A stretch of 64,000 bases of DNA from a virus (lineage: Duplodnaviria > Caudoviricetes), in IMG/VR virus record IMGVR_UViG_3300042268_000564. The stretch is one strand, 5' to 3'. Of the stretch, positions 10,424 through 20,508 are shown in pieces; positions within the stretch are counted from its first letter, which is position 1, and the number at the start of each line of letters is the position of its first letter. The notes beneath the pieces are model-generated. The model was not told the DNA's origin and did no database searches. It saw only the letters and a list, made by a program, of their open reading frames with translations. The position numbers and the translations under genes were made by a program.

Positions 10424-11311
10424 ATGAAACAATTAATCATTAAAAATCTTACGGCGATGGAACAGATTGTAGGGGACATGGGCATCCATGTCCCTGCATC
10501 TGCATCTGTAAATTTTACAGATTTGTTTGCAAAAAATCGTTTTTTACCGTCGGTTTCTCAAAATCTTGCAGATTTGGTGCAGAATGATATTGTCTTGATT
10601 AATGATGGGAGTAGCGATTTAAGTAAAGCTGACGCTGCTATTTATTTAAGAGAGTTCGCTGTAGAAGACCATGAGATAGAGCGACATTTGGGGAATTATC
10701 CTGAAGATAGACTAGTCGACAATAATATTTTTGCACGGTTATCACAGAATGAAACCATTTCAGGGATTTGGAAGTTTGACTCTCAAGCTGGAGGGCAACT
10801 TCATATAGAATCGGGCACGTCGCTGCCATCTGGCACGCCTGATGACGGCAGATTATTTTGGAATACTGGGGAACAGTTTCTGTATGCAAGTGAGGGCGGG
10901 GCATGGCATAATGTTTCTTATGTCCAGTCTGCATTCTATCAGTCCCCATTGATTTACGAGTTTGGGACTTACACTACATTTTCTAGTGGTTATTTAAACT
11001 CGCAGTGGGCTAGTTCGTCCACGTCGCCAGTGATTGTGCCGAGACAAGGGACAATTAAAAGTTTGGCTTGCGAGGCAGGGGCAAGTGGAACGGTAAATGC
11101 TTATACTTTTACCATTAGACGTTATTCCGGCAGTAGTTGGGTGGATTTTACGTCTATTAGCAAGACCGATGGTGCGGGATATAAATATGAAACCGCTATT
11201 AATGCGGATTTTTCTGCTGGTGATAGATTCGCATGTTACGCTCAGGTTACGAGCGGGACTGGTAGCTTGACTAATGCTCATTTATATCTCGAAGTGGTTT
11301 GGCGAGAGTAA
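10424..11311 (+). CDS. Short tail fibre/appendage paralog
   Basis: N-terminal 'LIIKNLT...DMGIHVP' domain, one ARL..NETISGIWKF repeat, C-terminal beta domain. Confidence 0.65.
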   Translation: MKQLIIKNLTAMEQIVGDMGIHVPASASVNFTDLFAKNRFLPSVSQNLADLVQNDIVLINDGSSDLSKADAAIYLREFAVEDHEIERHLGNYPEDRLVDNNIFARLSQNETISGIWKFDSQAGGQLHIESGTSLPSGTPDDGRLFWNTGEQFLYASEGGAWHNVSYVQSAFYQSPLIYEFGTYTTFSSGYLNSQWASSSTSPVIVPRQGTIKSLACEAGASGTVNAYTFTIRRYSGSSWVDFTSISKTDGAGYKYETAINADFSAGDRFACYAQVTSGTGSLTNAHLYLEVVWRE

Positions 11312-11314
11312 CCT

Positions 11315-12184
11315 GTGGCATATAAAACACTATTACTTAGGAATGTTACAGTGAGCGACATTTATTTGTCAGACATAGGGATAAGTGTTGCGGCTGGTTC
11401 GTCTGTTGATGTTACGTCTACTTTTGAACTTGCGCCACAGATGCTTTTAAAGTCGTCTTTATTAAGTAGAATACAGGCTCAAGAGATTGTCCTGAATGAC
11501 GGTGTTAGTGATATAGACTATTTGCAGGCTGAAGCATACTTGCAGTGGTATGCAGTTCCAACTCATTTTGTGGAGAGTGCAGCACATTTAAGTGATATGC
11601 AGGATTCGCAAGTTTCGCCAGATGATATCTTGGCACGTTTGCAGGGGAACCATAATATCACTGGACAATGGTATTTCCCCAATGGGTTAATAATGGAATA
11701 CGGCGATACTTTGCCCACGCAAGGGATATTGAATGGTCGACTTTATTGGCTTACTACGACAAGAAGGTTGCACGTAGGCAAAGATGGAGTATGGATTGAC
11801 CTTGTGAGAGCTGTTGTGGCATTGTATGGTGCATCTATTGTATATGAATTTGCTTATAACAATACTCTTTATTCGGGGTCATATTTAAGAACGTCTTGGG
11901 CAGCATCTAACATTGCGCCAGTTATTGCGCCAAGGGCTGGGAGTTTGCGCTCGCTTGTAACACATAGCACGTCGTCGAGGAGTTACACTGCCGCTGTTAG
12001 ATTTTACCGAAGTGGCAGTTGGCAAACTTTTTTTGACCTTGACGTGTCGTCAGGTGGTTATATAGGGATTGTTGACAATATAGATGTGGATTTTAACGCA
12101 GGGGAACGTATTGCGATTCAGGTTTCTAGTGGCAGAATGAGTTACCCCCATGCTTATTTGGAAGTGATTTGGAGGCAGGCATGA
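11315..12184 (+). CDS. Short tail fibre/appendage paralog
   Basis: Full-length paralog of 10424-11311 (shared C-terminal 'AHLYLEVVWR'/'HAYLEVIWR'). Confidence 0.65.
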   Translation: MAYKTLLLRNVTVSDIYLSDIGISVAAGSSVDVTSTFELAPQMLLKSSLLSRIQAQEIVLNDGVSDIDYLQAEAYLQWYAVPTHFVESAAHLSDMQDSQVSPDDILARLQGNHNITGQWYFPNGLIMEYGDTLPTQGILNGRLYWLTTTRRLHVGKDGVWIDLVRAVVALYGASIVYEFAYNNTLYSGSYLRTSWAASNIAPVIAPRAGSLRSLVTHSTSSRSYTAAVRFYRSGSWQTFFDLDVSSGGYIGIVDNIDVDFNAGERIAIQVSSGRMSYPHAYLEVIWRQA

Positions 12185-13368
12185 TAAGGCTTATCAATAA
12201 CGTTACTAATGAAGATTGTTTGATAGATGATATTGGAATCTGTGTGCCTGCGAATGGACAGTATGATTTTGGCGTGTGGGACTTGGATATGGTTTTGAAG
12301 TCCAACGACCTTTTTAAGTTGATAGATGAGGGCATTTTTACTCTCGAAGTTGAAAATGAAGTTATAGTAGAGACGGCGGCCGAGGCAAGATTATTTTTTA
12401 CACCTGTAACTCAGATGTGTTTGTCGGATGTAGCCTTGAAGCGGGTTGAGGCGGACAACTTGTCGACGATGGAAGAATTCATTATCGCTAACTTGTTGAA
12501 TGTGATTTTTGAAACACATACAGAACAATTGTTGTTGAGGGAATATTTGAGGAATGTGTTTGTGTTTTTTGGGAAAGAGCAATGCCTTCTTGATTATGTG
12601 GAAAATATTGCGCTATTGGATGGACAAGCAAGGCTTGCGCCTAGAGGTGAAACAAGTGTTTTATATGCCCATCCAAGTTCTATAGACGATGTCACGATTT
12701 GGGGAAATATTCATATTGTCAATTGCCAGTCTGATGCACAAGGTTTGCAGGTAAATTTAGTAGAGGGGTGCGTTGGCGAAACGTCGATAATTTTTAGACC
12801 ATTGGACAAGGTTAATTGGCGGCAGTATGAATATTTGTGTTGTGAAATAGATGGTACGCCGGGTGTAGAGGTGTTTTTGGTTGTCAATAATGATATTGTG
12901 CCGAATAGCTCTGTTACTTTGCGTGATGGGCGAATGACGGCATATTTTGATATTTCAAAAATAACAAGAAACAAGGTAAAACAAATAGGGCTAGGTGTGA
13001 AAATTTTAAAAGCTGTGTTGCCTGTTACTTTTAAAGTTGGCACCTTTGTGGGCATACAAAAGGAATCTACATATGACTTTGGACGAATTGAGACGATAAC
13101 TACGACTGTGCATGGCGAAATTAATGAGCTTTTTATAAAAAATAATTGGTTGGTGCCGTCACCCAAAAGTTTGACGATGGACATTTCATTGGATGATGGA
13201 CAAAATTGGAAAAGAGTTGAAGAAAATATGTTTGATAATTGGGTTTCTACGGATTCGTGGAGCATGAATAGTAAGAGCCAGTTAAAAACAAGATTTAAGT
13301 TTGAAAGACCGTCAGAGATGGATGATGAACCTGTCTTAGACGATTTCTTTGTTATGTGGAGAGTATAG
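12181..13368 (+). CDS. Structural protein with the shared N-terminal domain
   Basis: GGAGG SD and ATGA overlap at 12181; N-terminus 'LINNVT...IDDIGICVP'; C-terminal 'SLDDGQNW' Asp-box. Confidence 0.5.
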   Translation: MIRLINNVTNEDCLIDDIGICVPANGQYDFGVWDLDMVLKSNDLFKLIDEGIFTLEVENEVIVETAAEARLFFTPVTQMCLSDVALKRVEADNLSTMEEFIIANLLNVIFETHTEQLLLREYLRNVFVFFGKEQCLLDYVENIALLDGQARLAPRGETSVLYAHPSSIDDVTIWGNIHIVNCQSDAQGLQVNLVEGCVGETSIIFRPLDKVNWRQYEYLCCEIDGTPGVEVFLVVNNDIVPNSSVTLRDGRMTAYFDISKITRNKVKQIGLGVKILKAVLPVTFKVGTFVGIQKESTYDFGRIETITTTVHGEINELFIKNNWLVPSPKSLTMDISLDDGQNWKRVEENMFDNWVSTDSWSMNSKSQLKTRFKFERPSEMDDEPVLDDFFVMWRV

Positions 13369-13370
13369 AC

Positions 13371-14501
13371 TTGGCAGTAATAGAGATTAAAAATTTAACA
13401 GACTCAGGTCTCTTGTTTAAAAACGGATTATTTTTAAAGGAAGGTAAATCTGTAACATTCTCATCGAGTTTTGACGGGGATGAATTGTTGCAATATTTTG
13501 ATGCAGGGCTGATACAGGTTAAGGTTGGCAAGCGAGTCGTAAATAGAGATGAACTGGTAAAACTTGTTACGCCGATGACAATAGCATCTAATGCAATATT
13601 TACACCTGCAAAGATAGGTCGATTGTTGGGCGTTGATAATTTTGAGATGTTTGGCATGATAAATGTCATGAGTTTCATAGATAAATTTAATCTACAAGCA
13701 CAAATGTATCCTGTTATAAAACCTTTTTTCTTTGACGTTTTGGCGAGTCCGTCAGTTATTCAAAGCTATAAGGATATTCACATAACTAGCAAAGGTTTAG
13801 AATTGTTCCCGGATTCATATAATCAGGACTGTGTATTGTGTTGGGCTGATAGGCAACATGTTACTTGCTTGGATGACGTAGCTCTTGATTCTGTGGCTGG
13901 CGAGCTTGTTTGTTCATCAAGTGGTTCAAGAGGGTTGTCGCTGATTTACAGTCCAGCCTCCAGAGAGAGGTGGGACAATTATGCATATTTATGCCTTGAG
14001 CTTGATGTAAATGTTTCATCTTTGGTTGAGCTAAAGATAAATGAATATGGAAGCATGAAGAAATGGGTGCCGTCGGGGCGGCAAAAAGTGTTTTTTAATA
14101 CGGCAGATGTCGTATTATCGGCAGTGGATATTTGTGAACTAAGGATTTGTGGTGAGGCATCGCTGGGAGTAGTTAAGATTGGGAAGATGTATGGGTTGAG
14201 AAATGTCGTTTATCGAGAGCAGGGTGCTGTGGTTACAAATAATATTCCGAGTGATTTAGCGATTGAAGGATGGTTCTGTAAGGCTGTTAATTTTATGGAC
14301 GATAGTAGGATAGAGGTATACTGCTCTGAAAATGGTGGAATGAGTTATAGCCTTATTCAACAGTTTGAGATGATGACTTGGCGACAATTAGAAAATATTG
14401 AGAGTGATAGGGCTTTACAATATAAGCTTATATTGTATCGTTCGTCAGATGGCAGAGGCACGCCTAGCATAACTAGATTTTCTGCTTTTAATAGGGGGTA
14501 G
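13371..14501 (+). CDS. Structural protein, distant paralog of 12181-13368
   Basis: TTG start giving MAVIEIKNLT (alternative GTG at 13356); shared 'W..Y.YLC.E.D' and 'SxxGGxxY' motifs. Confidence 0.5.
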   Translation: MAVIEIKNLTDSGLLFKNGLFLKEGKSVTFSSSFDGDELLQYFDAGLIQVKVGKRVVNRDELVKLVTPMTIASNAIFTPAKIGRLLGVDNFEMFGMINVMSFIDKFNLQAQMYPVIKPFFFDVLASPSVIQSYKDIHITSKGLELFPDSYNQDCVLCWADRQHVTCLDDVALDSVAGELVCSSSGSRGLSLIYSPASRERWDNYAYLCLELDVNVSSLVELKINEYGSMKKWVPSGRQKVFFNTADVVLSAVDICELRICGEASLGVVKIGKMYGLRNVVYREQGAVVTNNIPSDLAIEGWFCKAVNFMDDSRIEVYCSENGGMSYSLIQQFEMMTWRQLENIESDRALQYKLILYRSSDGRGTPSITRFSAFNRG

Positions 14502-14503
14502 TC

Positions 14504-15451
14504 GTGGATAATTTTATATCGCCGCAACAAATGTCGCATTTGGTAAAGGAAATGTTGACAGCCTTGCGCAGTAATACTAATGAGGCTGGCATAATGCAAG
14601 TTGAGCCAGTTTTGAAGTCGGGTAGAGCGGGGGAAGTGGCTGCTACGTTTTGTACGCATGATTTTAGTGACCCTACAACATGGTATCAATTTAGTGAGTT
14701 TTATCCAGATTATTTGCCAGTTTCTAGCGACAGAACTGTTTTTGATTTGGGGCACTCACCCATTGTGAATGCTGATTCATATCGTCTTTATGGGAGAGAT
14801 TATGCTTTACCTGAAAAGGACGGCAGCTTCTCAGACAGAGGAAAATATAGGATAGCTGTTCGAGTAGATGGGAATCAGGTATTGGCAAATGATGTTGAAT
14901 ATGGCTGGCAGATGGACTTTATGAATGGCAAATTAACATTTAATGAGCGAGTGCCTAATGATAAAGAAGTGCGTGTAGATTTTTGGGCTGTGCCTGCTCA
15001 GGGCGGGAGTCGATTTGTGTTAAAGCCGCCAGTTGGGAAACAATTAATGGTGGAACATCTGGAAGTGCAATTTTCTAAAACTACTATTATCAATGATGAT
15101 ATATGTTTCGAGGTGTGGGGTGGGCTTCCTGTTGGCGCAGAGTTCACTTATTTAAACCCTGCTTATCGGAATTCTTTAATAAATCCTTGGCGGCAAGTAT
15201 ATCGTTCAGCGCAAGATTTTATCAATAATGGGAATGAAGGGCAAGGTGAGATTCCCGTATTTGGTGGGACGTCGAGGGGTATGTCGACGCCAGTTATTGT
15301 GTTCCCGTTTAAATATGTGCAAGCTTTTACCGTGCAAGGCTCTTTGAATAGTGAGTTTCATGTTTATTTGGCGGGTGATAAGCCTTATACAAATTGTGAA
15401 ATTGCTACTTGTTCTTTTTATACGTTGACTACGGATGAGGTTGTGAGCTAA
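14504..15451 (+). CDS. Hypothetical virion protein
   Basis: 315-aa ORF, GGGGG SD, beta-rich, inside the structural cluster. Confidence 0.45.
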   Translation: MDNFISPQQMSHLVKEMLTALRSNTNEAGIMQVEPVLKSGRAGEVAATFCTHDFSDPTTWYQFSEFYPDYLPVSSDRTVFDLGHSPIVNADSYRLYGRDYALPEKDGSFSDRGKYRIAVRVDGNQVLANDVEYGWQMDFMNGKLTFNERVPNDKEVRVDFWAVPAQGGSRFVLKPPVGKQLMVEHLEVQFSKTTIINDDICFEVWGGLPVGAEFTYLNPAYRNSLINPWRQVYRSAQDFINNGNEGQGEIPVFGGTSRGMSTPVIVFPFKYVQAFTVQGSLNSEFHVYLAGDKPYTNCEIATCSFYTLTTDEVVS

Positions 15452-16021
15452 ATGCAATTGACAAAAGAGGAATTAATTAAGGTTGGGAAGCCCGGTGATA
15501 TTTTAATAATGACGTCGATTGGCTTTGACCCGATAGGCATAACAATCCGTTGGTGGAACGGCAGCGACTGGTCACACACATCTTTGTATAAAGGTGATGG
15601 AAAAATCACAGAAGCTATTTATACAGGGGTTCATTCTGCGGACTGGGACGAGGTTCCATACGGGACAGATTATAAGGTAGCTATTTTGCGTCCATTAGAT
15701 GCAACTTATGAACAAAAGTTAAAGGCAATTCAATTTGCAGATAGTAAGGTCGGGATGAAATACGATTACCTTATGATATTGGCAATGGCACCACTTATTC
15801 TTTTGACCCGGATGGGGTTTTCGTTAAGAGGTATAAGGAATATGTTGGATGTTAAAGGGGCTTATATTTGCAGCGAATTGAATTTGGATTCTTATTTCGA
15901 GAGCAGCGGAATTCGCTTGGTTGACCCTAAGATTAATAGGTCGCAAATTACACCAGATGATTTCATAAGGCATGGAATCAATTTGAAACTTATTGGTATT
16001 TACGACCCAAGAGAAGAATAA
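15452..16021 (+). CDS. Permuted papain-like NlpC/P60 enzyme (YiiX/YaeF family)
   Basis: 'KPGDILI...WSHTSLY...EA' His first, 'YDY', then 'YICSEL' Cys: the circularly permuted catalytic order. Confidence 0.85.
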   Translation: MQLTKEELIKVGKPGDILIMTSIGFDPIGITIRWWNGSDWSHTSLYKGDGKITEAIYTGVHSADWDEVPYGTDYKVAILRPLDATYEQKLKAIQFADSKVGMKYDYLMILAMAPLILLTRMGFSLRGIRNMLDVKGAYICSELNLDSYFESSGIRLVDPKINRSQITPDDFIRHGINLKLIGIYDPREE

Positions 16022-16023
16022 GC

Positions 16024-17223
16024 ATGAGCGATAAAACTTTATTGAAAGATTTCAAGATGCTCTTAATAGAAGAGCATTTTAATGACCTTATCGAAGACCT
16101 TTTGTGGAGATTGCGCCAGATTGAAAGAAAGAGTATTGATGACATAACAAAGATTCTTTCAGGTGCGGGTGTTTCTGTGTCTTATGAAGAGGTGTCTGAT
16201 TGGTTGAACTATCTTGATGCAGATATTTTGATTCCACAGGAATTGGTTAAACCAGACCCTAATAAAAAAGCTCCGCCGCCAAAGAAAAAAGGCAATGTGA
16301 ATAATGGGGTTTATGACCCTAATTCTTCGTCACCTATTTGTGGTGATGATTGTCCATCTGCTGCGATGTGTAAATTTTATGCGCATTATTACGGGAAACG
16401 TTGCGTGGTTGATACACAGGCAAAGAAAACATTTTTACAGCCATTAAAGAATTACATTGGTAAAACTTATGGCAGAGATGAAGACCTTAAACAAGTGTTT
16501 TTTAATTTTGCAGAGCAGGTTGCAACTATCAATCAGTTAATGCAGCGTAAAATTCGTCACATGAATACACAAGGGATTACTGTGATTGAGAGAAAAACAG
16601 ACCCTAGCACTGGTAAGCTTGTTGAGAACGAGGTGCCCAATCCTTTAAACTCTGCAATTCTTTCTGACTCAAAGCAGATAATGTCAATGCTTAAAGAAAT
16701 GGGCATGACACCTAAATCCCTCATCAATGAAGACAGTGGCGAAAATGACCCTGCATCTCTGTCTAAGGCTATGGAAATGGAAGAAAGACGTAGGCTTGAG
16801 CAAGAGCATCTTACAGAAGTCAAAAAAGAAAGATATAAGCAGCGACCTGAGATTTCGAGCAAGGAACAGTTACTTGCTCTTATCGAAGAAAAGAAAGATT
16901 TTAATCAGGCGTTGCAACAAGTTTTGCAAGGTGAAGACGTTGTAGAGGTTGACCCGCCAACGTCTGCCCCCATGTCGTCCATTCCAAGGGATGAGCAAGA
17001 GCTTCAGAGTTTGTTGGATAATAATGAAAAGGCTGACGAAAAACAGCCTTCTGTGGGTGAGAAGAAGGATGTTGATTCTGGTAATATAGTTGACGTTGCA
17101 AAGAAGATATTAGAGAAAAAAGGTAATAAAGTATTTGATGATAAGCGCAACCAACATGATGTGGAAATTCCACCTGATGTGCAAAGCATTATTGATAAAA
17201 TCGGTAAATCGAAGGGAGACTAA
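16024..17223 (+). CDS. terS: Probable terminase small subunit (P27-like core) with a Cys4 cluster and acidic tail
   Basis: 'NPLNSAI...QIMSMLKEMGMTPKS' matches the P27-type TerS NP...(F/M)G(L/M)TPxS motif; Cx3Cx5Cx10C upstream. Confidence 0.6.
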   Translation: MSDKTLLKDFKMLLIEEHFNDLIEDLLWRLRQIERKSIDDITKILSGAGVSVSYEEVSDWLNYLDADILIPQELVKPDPNKKAPPPKKKGNVNNGVYDPNSSSPICGDDCPSAAMCKFYAHYYGKRCVVDTQAKKTFLQPLKNYIGKTYGRDEDLKQVFFNFAEQVATINQLMQRKIRHMNTQGITVIERKTDPSTGKLVENEVPNPLNSAILSDSKQIMSMLKEMGMTPKSLINEDSGENDPASLSKAMEMEERRRLEQEHLTEVKKERYKQRPEISSKEQLLALIEEKKDFNQALQQVLQGEDVVEVDPPTSAPMSSIPRDEQELQSLLDNNEKADEKQPSVGEKKDVDSGNIVDVAKKILEKKGNKVFDDKRNQHDVEIPPDVQSIIDKIGKSKGD

Positions 17224-17225
17224 CA

Positions 17226-17636
17226 ATGTCTGGATATTGGATTAATTCAAAAGGGAAGAAATTTATTGGTGACAGTGGTATTGTGCCAGCGGCTGATGCT
17301 GAGAATCCAAATGTGGTAAGCTATGAAGAATGGAACAAGCTTGCAATAGAGATTGTAGCGAGTGGCTCGCCATCTGAAAGTCTTAATGACTCTCCTCAAG
17401 TGGTTCCGTTTACAGCTACAATGACATCGCCAGAAGGTTTGCAGGAATGGACATATGATATGGCCGCATCTGTTGCTGGTATTGATGGCGTGGAAGTCCT
17501 GAATGTTGTAAAAGGTGAAGCTGGAATCTCTGCCGACCTTCAGTTCCCTGTAGATATTATAGAAGGACAAGTAGTTACACTCACCTGTATGTCAGGTGGC
17601 AGAGTGGCAACGCTTGAAATCGCTGTCGAAGCGTAA
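17226..17636 (+). CDS. Hypothetical protein
   Basis: 136-aa ORF with GGGAG SD. Confidence 0.5.
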   Translation: MSGYWINSKGKKFIGDSGIVPAADAENPNVVSYEEWNKLAIEIVASGSPSESLNDSPQVVPFTATMTSPEGLQEWTYDMAASVAGIDGVEVLNVVKGEAGISADLQFPVDIIEGQVVTLTCMSGGRVATLEIAVEA

Positions 17637-17652
17637 TTAAGGTAGGAAATTC

Positions 17653-18081
17653 ATGCCAAGAATAATGCGATTTACCCACGAATATTACGAGAATCGTATT
17701 ATTTGGGGGTTTGACATTAAAGTTGTTGATGATGGAACAGGTAAAAAGCAACTAAGTATTTCTCCCGGCGGCGGGGTTGTTAATAAAGAAATGGTAGAAA
17801 CAGTTGCTGAGAAGGTGTTGCCAGTATCAGACTTTATATTGGATGGGAACAAAAAAGCCCGTACAGACATTGTTGTGTTAGACAGTACGGGAGAAATATA
17901 CGTAATGAAGGGTGTCCCCGGCAGTGGTGTCGCACCTACATCGCCAGAGATAGCACTACAGCTTGCGCATGTGTCAATAAAGGCAGGGTGGAATGGTTTC
18001 GTTGGTAGTGGTGCTCATGATGAAGTAATATGCATGAGAAGTAATCATGTAATTGATACAAGATTTGAGCCTCTGACATAA
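17653..18081 (+). CDS. Hypothetical, probably virion protein
   Basis: 'RTDIVVLD...G.PG...P..P...LQLAHV' resembles phage tail/baseplate attachment domains; SD present. Confidence 0.45.
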   Translation: MPRIMRFTHEYYENRIIWGFDIKVVDDGTGKKQLSISPGGGVVNKEMVETVAEKVLPVSDFILDGNKKARTDIVVLDSTGEIYVMKGVPGSGVAPTSPEIALQLAHVSIKAGWNGFVGSGAHDEVICMRSNHVIDTRFEPLT

Positions 18082-18093
18082 ATTAATGGCTTG

Positions 18094-18130
18094 AAAAGGG
18101 CAGGAATAATTTTCCTGCCCTTTTTTATTT
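18094..18130 (+). terminator. Rho-independent terminator
   Basis: AAAAGGGCAGGAA / TTCCTGCCCTTTT stem followed by a T-tract. Confidence 0.85.
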
Positions 18131-18149
18131 TGTGGCTATTATAGTTTAT

Positions 18150-19280
18150 ATGCCAAAGAAACAAAAGACATTACGAGATGAATTTGCCGAATTGCATCTT
18201 AGTTCTCGTAAATTTGATGATAAGGTTTGCGAAATTACGATGGATGGATGTGGAGCTTTTTGCACGCCTGAATTTTGCGAGGCAAAAAAAGCAGGTGTGT
18301 GTCGAGGATGCACGCATTGTGATTTTTATAATAATTGTCCAGAGGGTGGATGCTCAACTTGTTCTGTTAGGTGCGGAAATAGAAAAGATATTGATGTGTG
18401 GATAAAAGATGTTGGCGGGTTTTCTATTGATTCAGTTAAGTGTGAGAATGTTTTTAATGGCGAGCTTCCTGTTTTTATTCCACAGATAAAAGATTCTTGT
18501 TTTGGTGTAGAGCATGGGGCATATCTGATTTCTTTTACGAGGTTTTTAAGGATTCTTGATGGTGATGTTAAGTGGCTTTATAGGAAGAAAAAGACGATAA
18601 GAGAAGCTTATAAGATTCCAGATAAAACAAAGTTGATTTTGCATTTTTTCGCAAAAGATGACTTGCTTGAAGTTATATGGCGGTTTCAAGACAAGGATTG
18701 GGGTGGCGGGAAGAATATCTGGCAGGTTTTTGCAGAGTTTGGGTTCGATGCTGTGATACCAGTTAATTATTCGTGTTTCGGCAACCAGCCTCGGATGGAA
18801 CATGTTTTGAATGTTAAGCGGAGTATTTTGAGTGCTGAGTCGTTGTCGAAAGTCGGCATTCCTGTGATTATGGATTTGATGTGGCATTCTGATGTGGATT
18901 TTGACAGACTGCTTGCGTGGGGGCTTTCTCGGAATGTGCAGTGGTACTCTATGAATTTTCAAACGCTGCGTAAAGGTAATTGGGCTTTGCCGTTAATAAT
19001 TGAGTTGTTAGAGAAGGTGTTTATGAGCAATCCAAACGCTAAAGTGATTGCAAATGGCATTTCAGACGAGAAACGAATAAAGGCAATATGGTCTAAATTT
19101 GGCGATAAAGTTGTTGTGTCTAATTTCAGTGCTTTTGTCAAGTCTGCGCAAACAGGACTTGTTTATGACGAGAAATGTAAGAAGTGGGTAAAAACAGGAC
19201 AAGACAAGGTTGAGTGCTGGAAAAAGACTGTTGATATGTATACACGTTGGGGTAGCAAATATGGGCAAAAAAAAGATTGA
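18150..19280 (+). CDS. Cys-rich N-terminal domain plus DUF4417-like domain (paralog 1)
   Basis: 11-Cys N-terminus; 'HFFAKDDLLE..W...FDAVIPVNYS...PRMEHVLN..RS...GIPVI' resembles DUF4417; start ATG 18150 or GTG 18132. Confidence 0.6.
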   Translation: MPKKQKTLRDEFAELHLSSRKFDDKVCEITMDGCGAFCTPEFCEAKKAGVCRGCTHCDFYNNCPEGGCSTCSVRCGNRKDIDVWIKDVGGFSIDSVKCENVFNGELPVFIPQIKDSCFGVEHGAYLISFTRFLRILDGDVKWLYRKKKTIREAYKIPDKTKLILHFFAKDDLLEVIWRFQDKDWGGGKNIWQVFAEFGFDAVIPVNYSCFGNQPRMEHVLNVKRSILSAESLSKVGIPVIMDLMWHSDVDFDRLLAWGLSRNVQWYSMNFQTLRKGNWALPLIIELLEKVFMSNPNAKVIANGISDEKRIKAIWSKFGDKVVVSNFSAFVKSAQTGLVYDEKCKKWVKTGQDKVECWKKTVDMYTRWGSKYGQKKD

Positions 19281-20508
19281 TGGCATTGGCATCACAGTAA
19301 AAGGTGGGAATAATTCACTTCAGCTAATCGGCGCCAACAAAACAAAAGGGATAGACGCAGAGAATCGTAACTTTCAAACCACGATAGAAACAGATTGTGG
19401 GTTGGCTTGTCAGGAATGTTCGCAGTATAAGAATGGTCTTTGTTATGGTTGTTATAACGACTGTCGGCAGGGTGTTCGTAGTTGCGTTTCTCAAGATTGC
19501 ACACAGCCAGTTACTTTTGTCCATGACGATGCAGATGCTACCACAGAGCATGGGCTTTGCACTTTAAGATGTTGTAAACGTACTGATATTTCAGAATGGT
19601 TGAATGATGTCTCTGATGGTCGTGGCGATGACCTATCTATTAAGCATATTCGATGGGAACCATCGAGTTTCCCGAAAATGGGACGATTTCTCCCGTCTGT
19701 GAATGGACATATGGAGAATGTTTACGTGCCATATGTAACACTGCCAGTCAATTATCTTTATAGTGAAAAAACCCAAAGAATGCGTGGCGGCGATAAGTCT
19801 GTTCACGAAATGTATGATTTGCATCCTGATACTGAGGTAATCGTAACGGGATATTGCAAGGATAATGTTCTGGAAAGCTTCTGGACTAATAGAGAAAGAG
19901 AATATTTACTTCATAAGATAAAGGCAAAAGGGGTAAAGACTCTGCTTGGCTTTAACTATTCTGTTTACCATAAAGACCCAAGAATGGAACATCTTGTTAA
20001 TATGCGCAGATGTTTTCAGATAATGGACGAAGCGCAGAAGATAGGATTTAAAACAATCCCTGATATTTGTTGGCACAATTCAGCGGATATGAATCAGTTT
20101 ATTGAGTGGATAAACAAGAACAAGGTGAGCGTCGTGAGCACTAGTATGCAGTGTTGTAGAGAGAACGCTTATATTGCTAAGTATGTTTACGACCTTGAAT
20201 ATATTGCGAGTAAGTGTCCTGATGTTAAGAGATGGATTATTAACGGTCCATCTACACCAAGCAGGATAAGAATGTTTGCTGAGTTGTTCCCGAAAATGGT
20301 TCTTATGTCGAGCCGAGCGGGACAGTTGGCGAAATATAACATGATTTGGGATTTCAAGTGTAATGAATATGTCAAATGTGTAAAACCAGACGGTTCTCTT
20401 TTAAGCAGGGCGGAGGCATTTCAAATAAATTGTCAGTTTTTTGAAGATGTGGTTGCAGGTGTCGGACTGGAAAGGTTCGGTGAAGGTTATTTTGGTGACG
20501 ACAAATGA
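19261..20508 (+). CDS. Cys-rich plus DUF4417-like protein (paralog 2)
   Basis: CGLACQEC..C.GC..; 'NYSVY..PRMEHLVNMRR', 'IPDICW', 'WIINGPS'. Confidence 0.6.
   Translation: MGKKKIDGIGITVKGGNNSLQLIGANKTKGIDAENRNFQTTIETDCGLACQECSQYKNGLCYGCYNDCRQGVRSCVSQDCTQPVTFVHDDADATTEHGLCTLRCCKRTDISEWLNDVSDGRGDDLSIKHIRWEPSSFPKMGRFLPSVNGHMENVYVPYVTLPVNYLYSEKTQRMRGGDKSVHEMYDLHPDTEVIVTGYCKDNVLESFWTNREREYLLHKIKAKGVKTLLGFNYSVYHKDPRMEHLVNMRRCFQIMDEAQKIGFKTIPDICWHNSADMNQFIEWINKNKVSVVSTSMQCCRENAYIAKYVYDLEYIASKCPDVKRWIINGPSTPSRIRMFAELFPKMVLMSSRAGQLAKYNMIWDFKCNEYVKCVKPDGSLLSRAEAFQINCQFFEDVVAGVGLERFGEGYFGDDK

Noticed and set aside
6704-12184. DGR target or invertible fibre cassette
   Set aside because: No reverse transcriptase, invertase, adenine-specific TR/VR pair or inverted gene copies seen; the repeats are diverged at protein level
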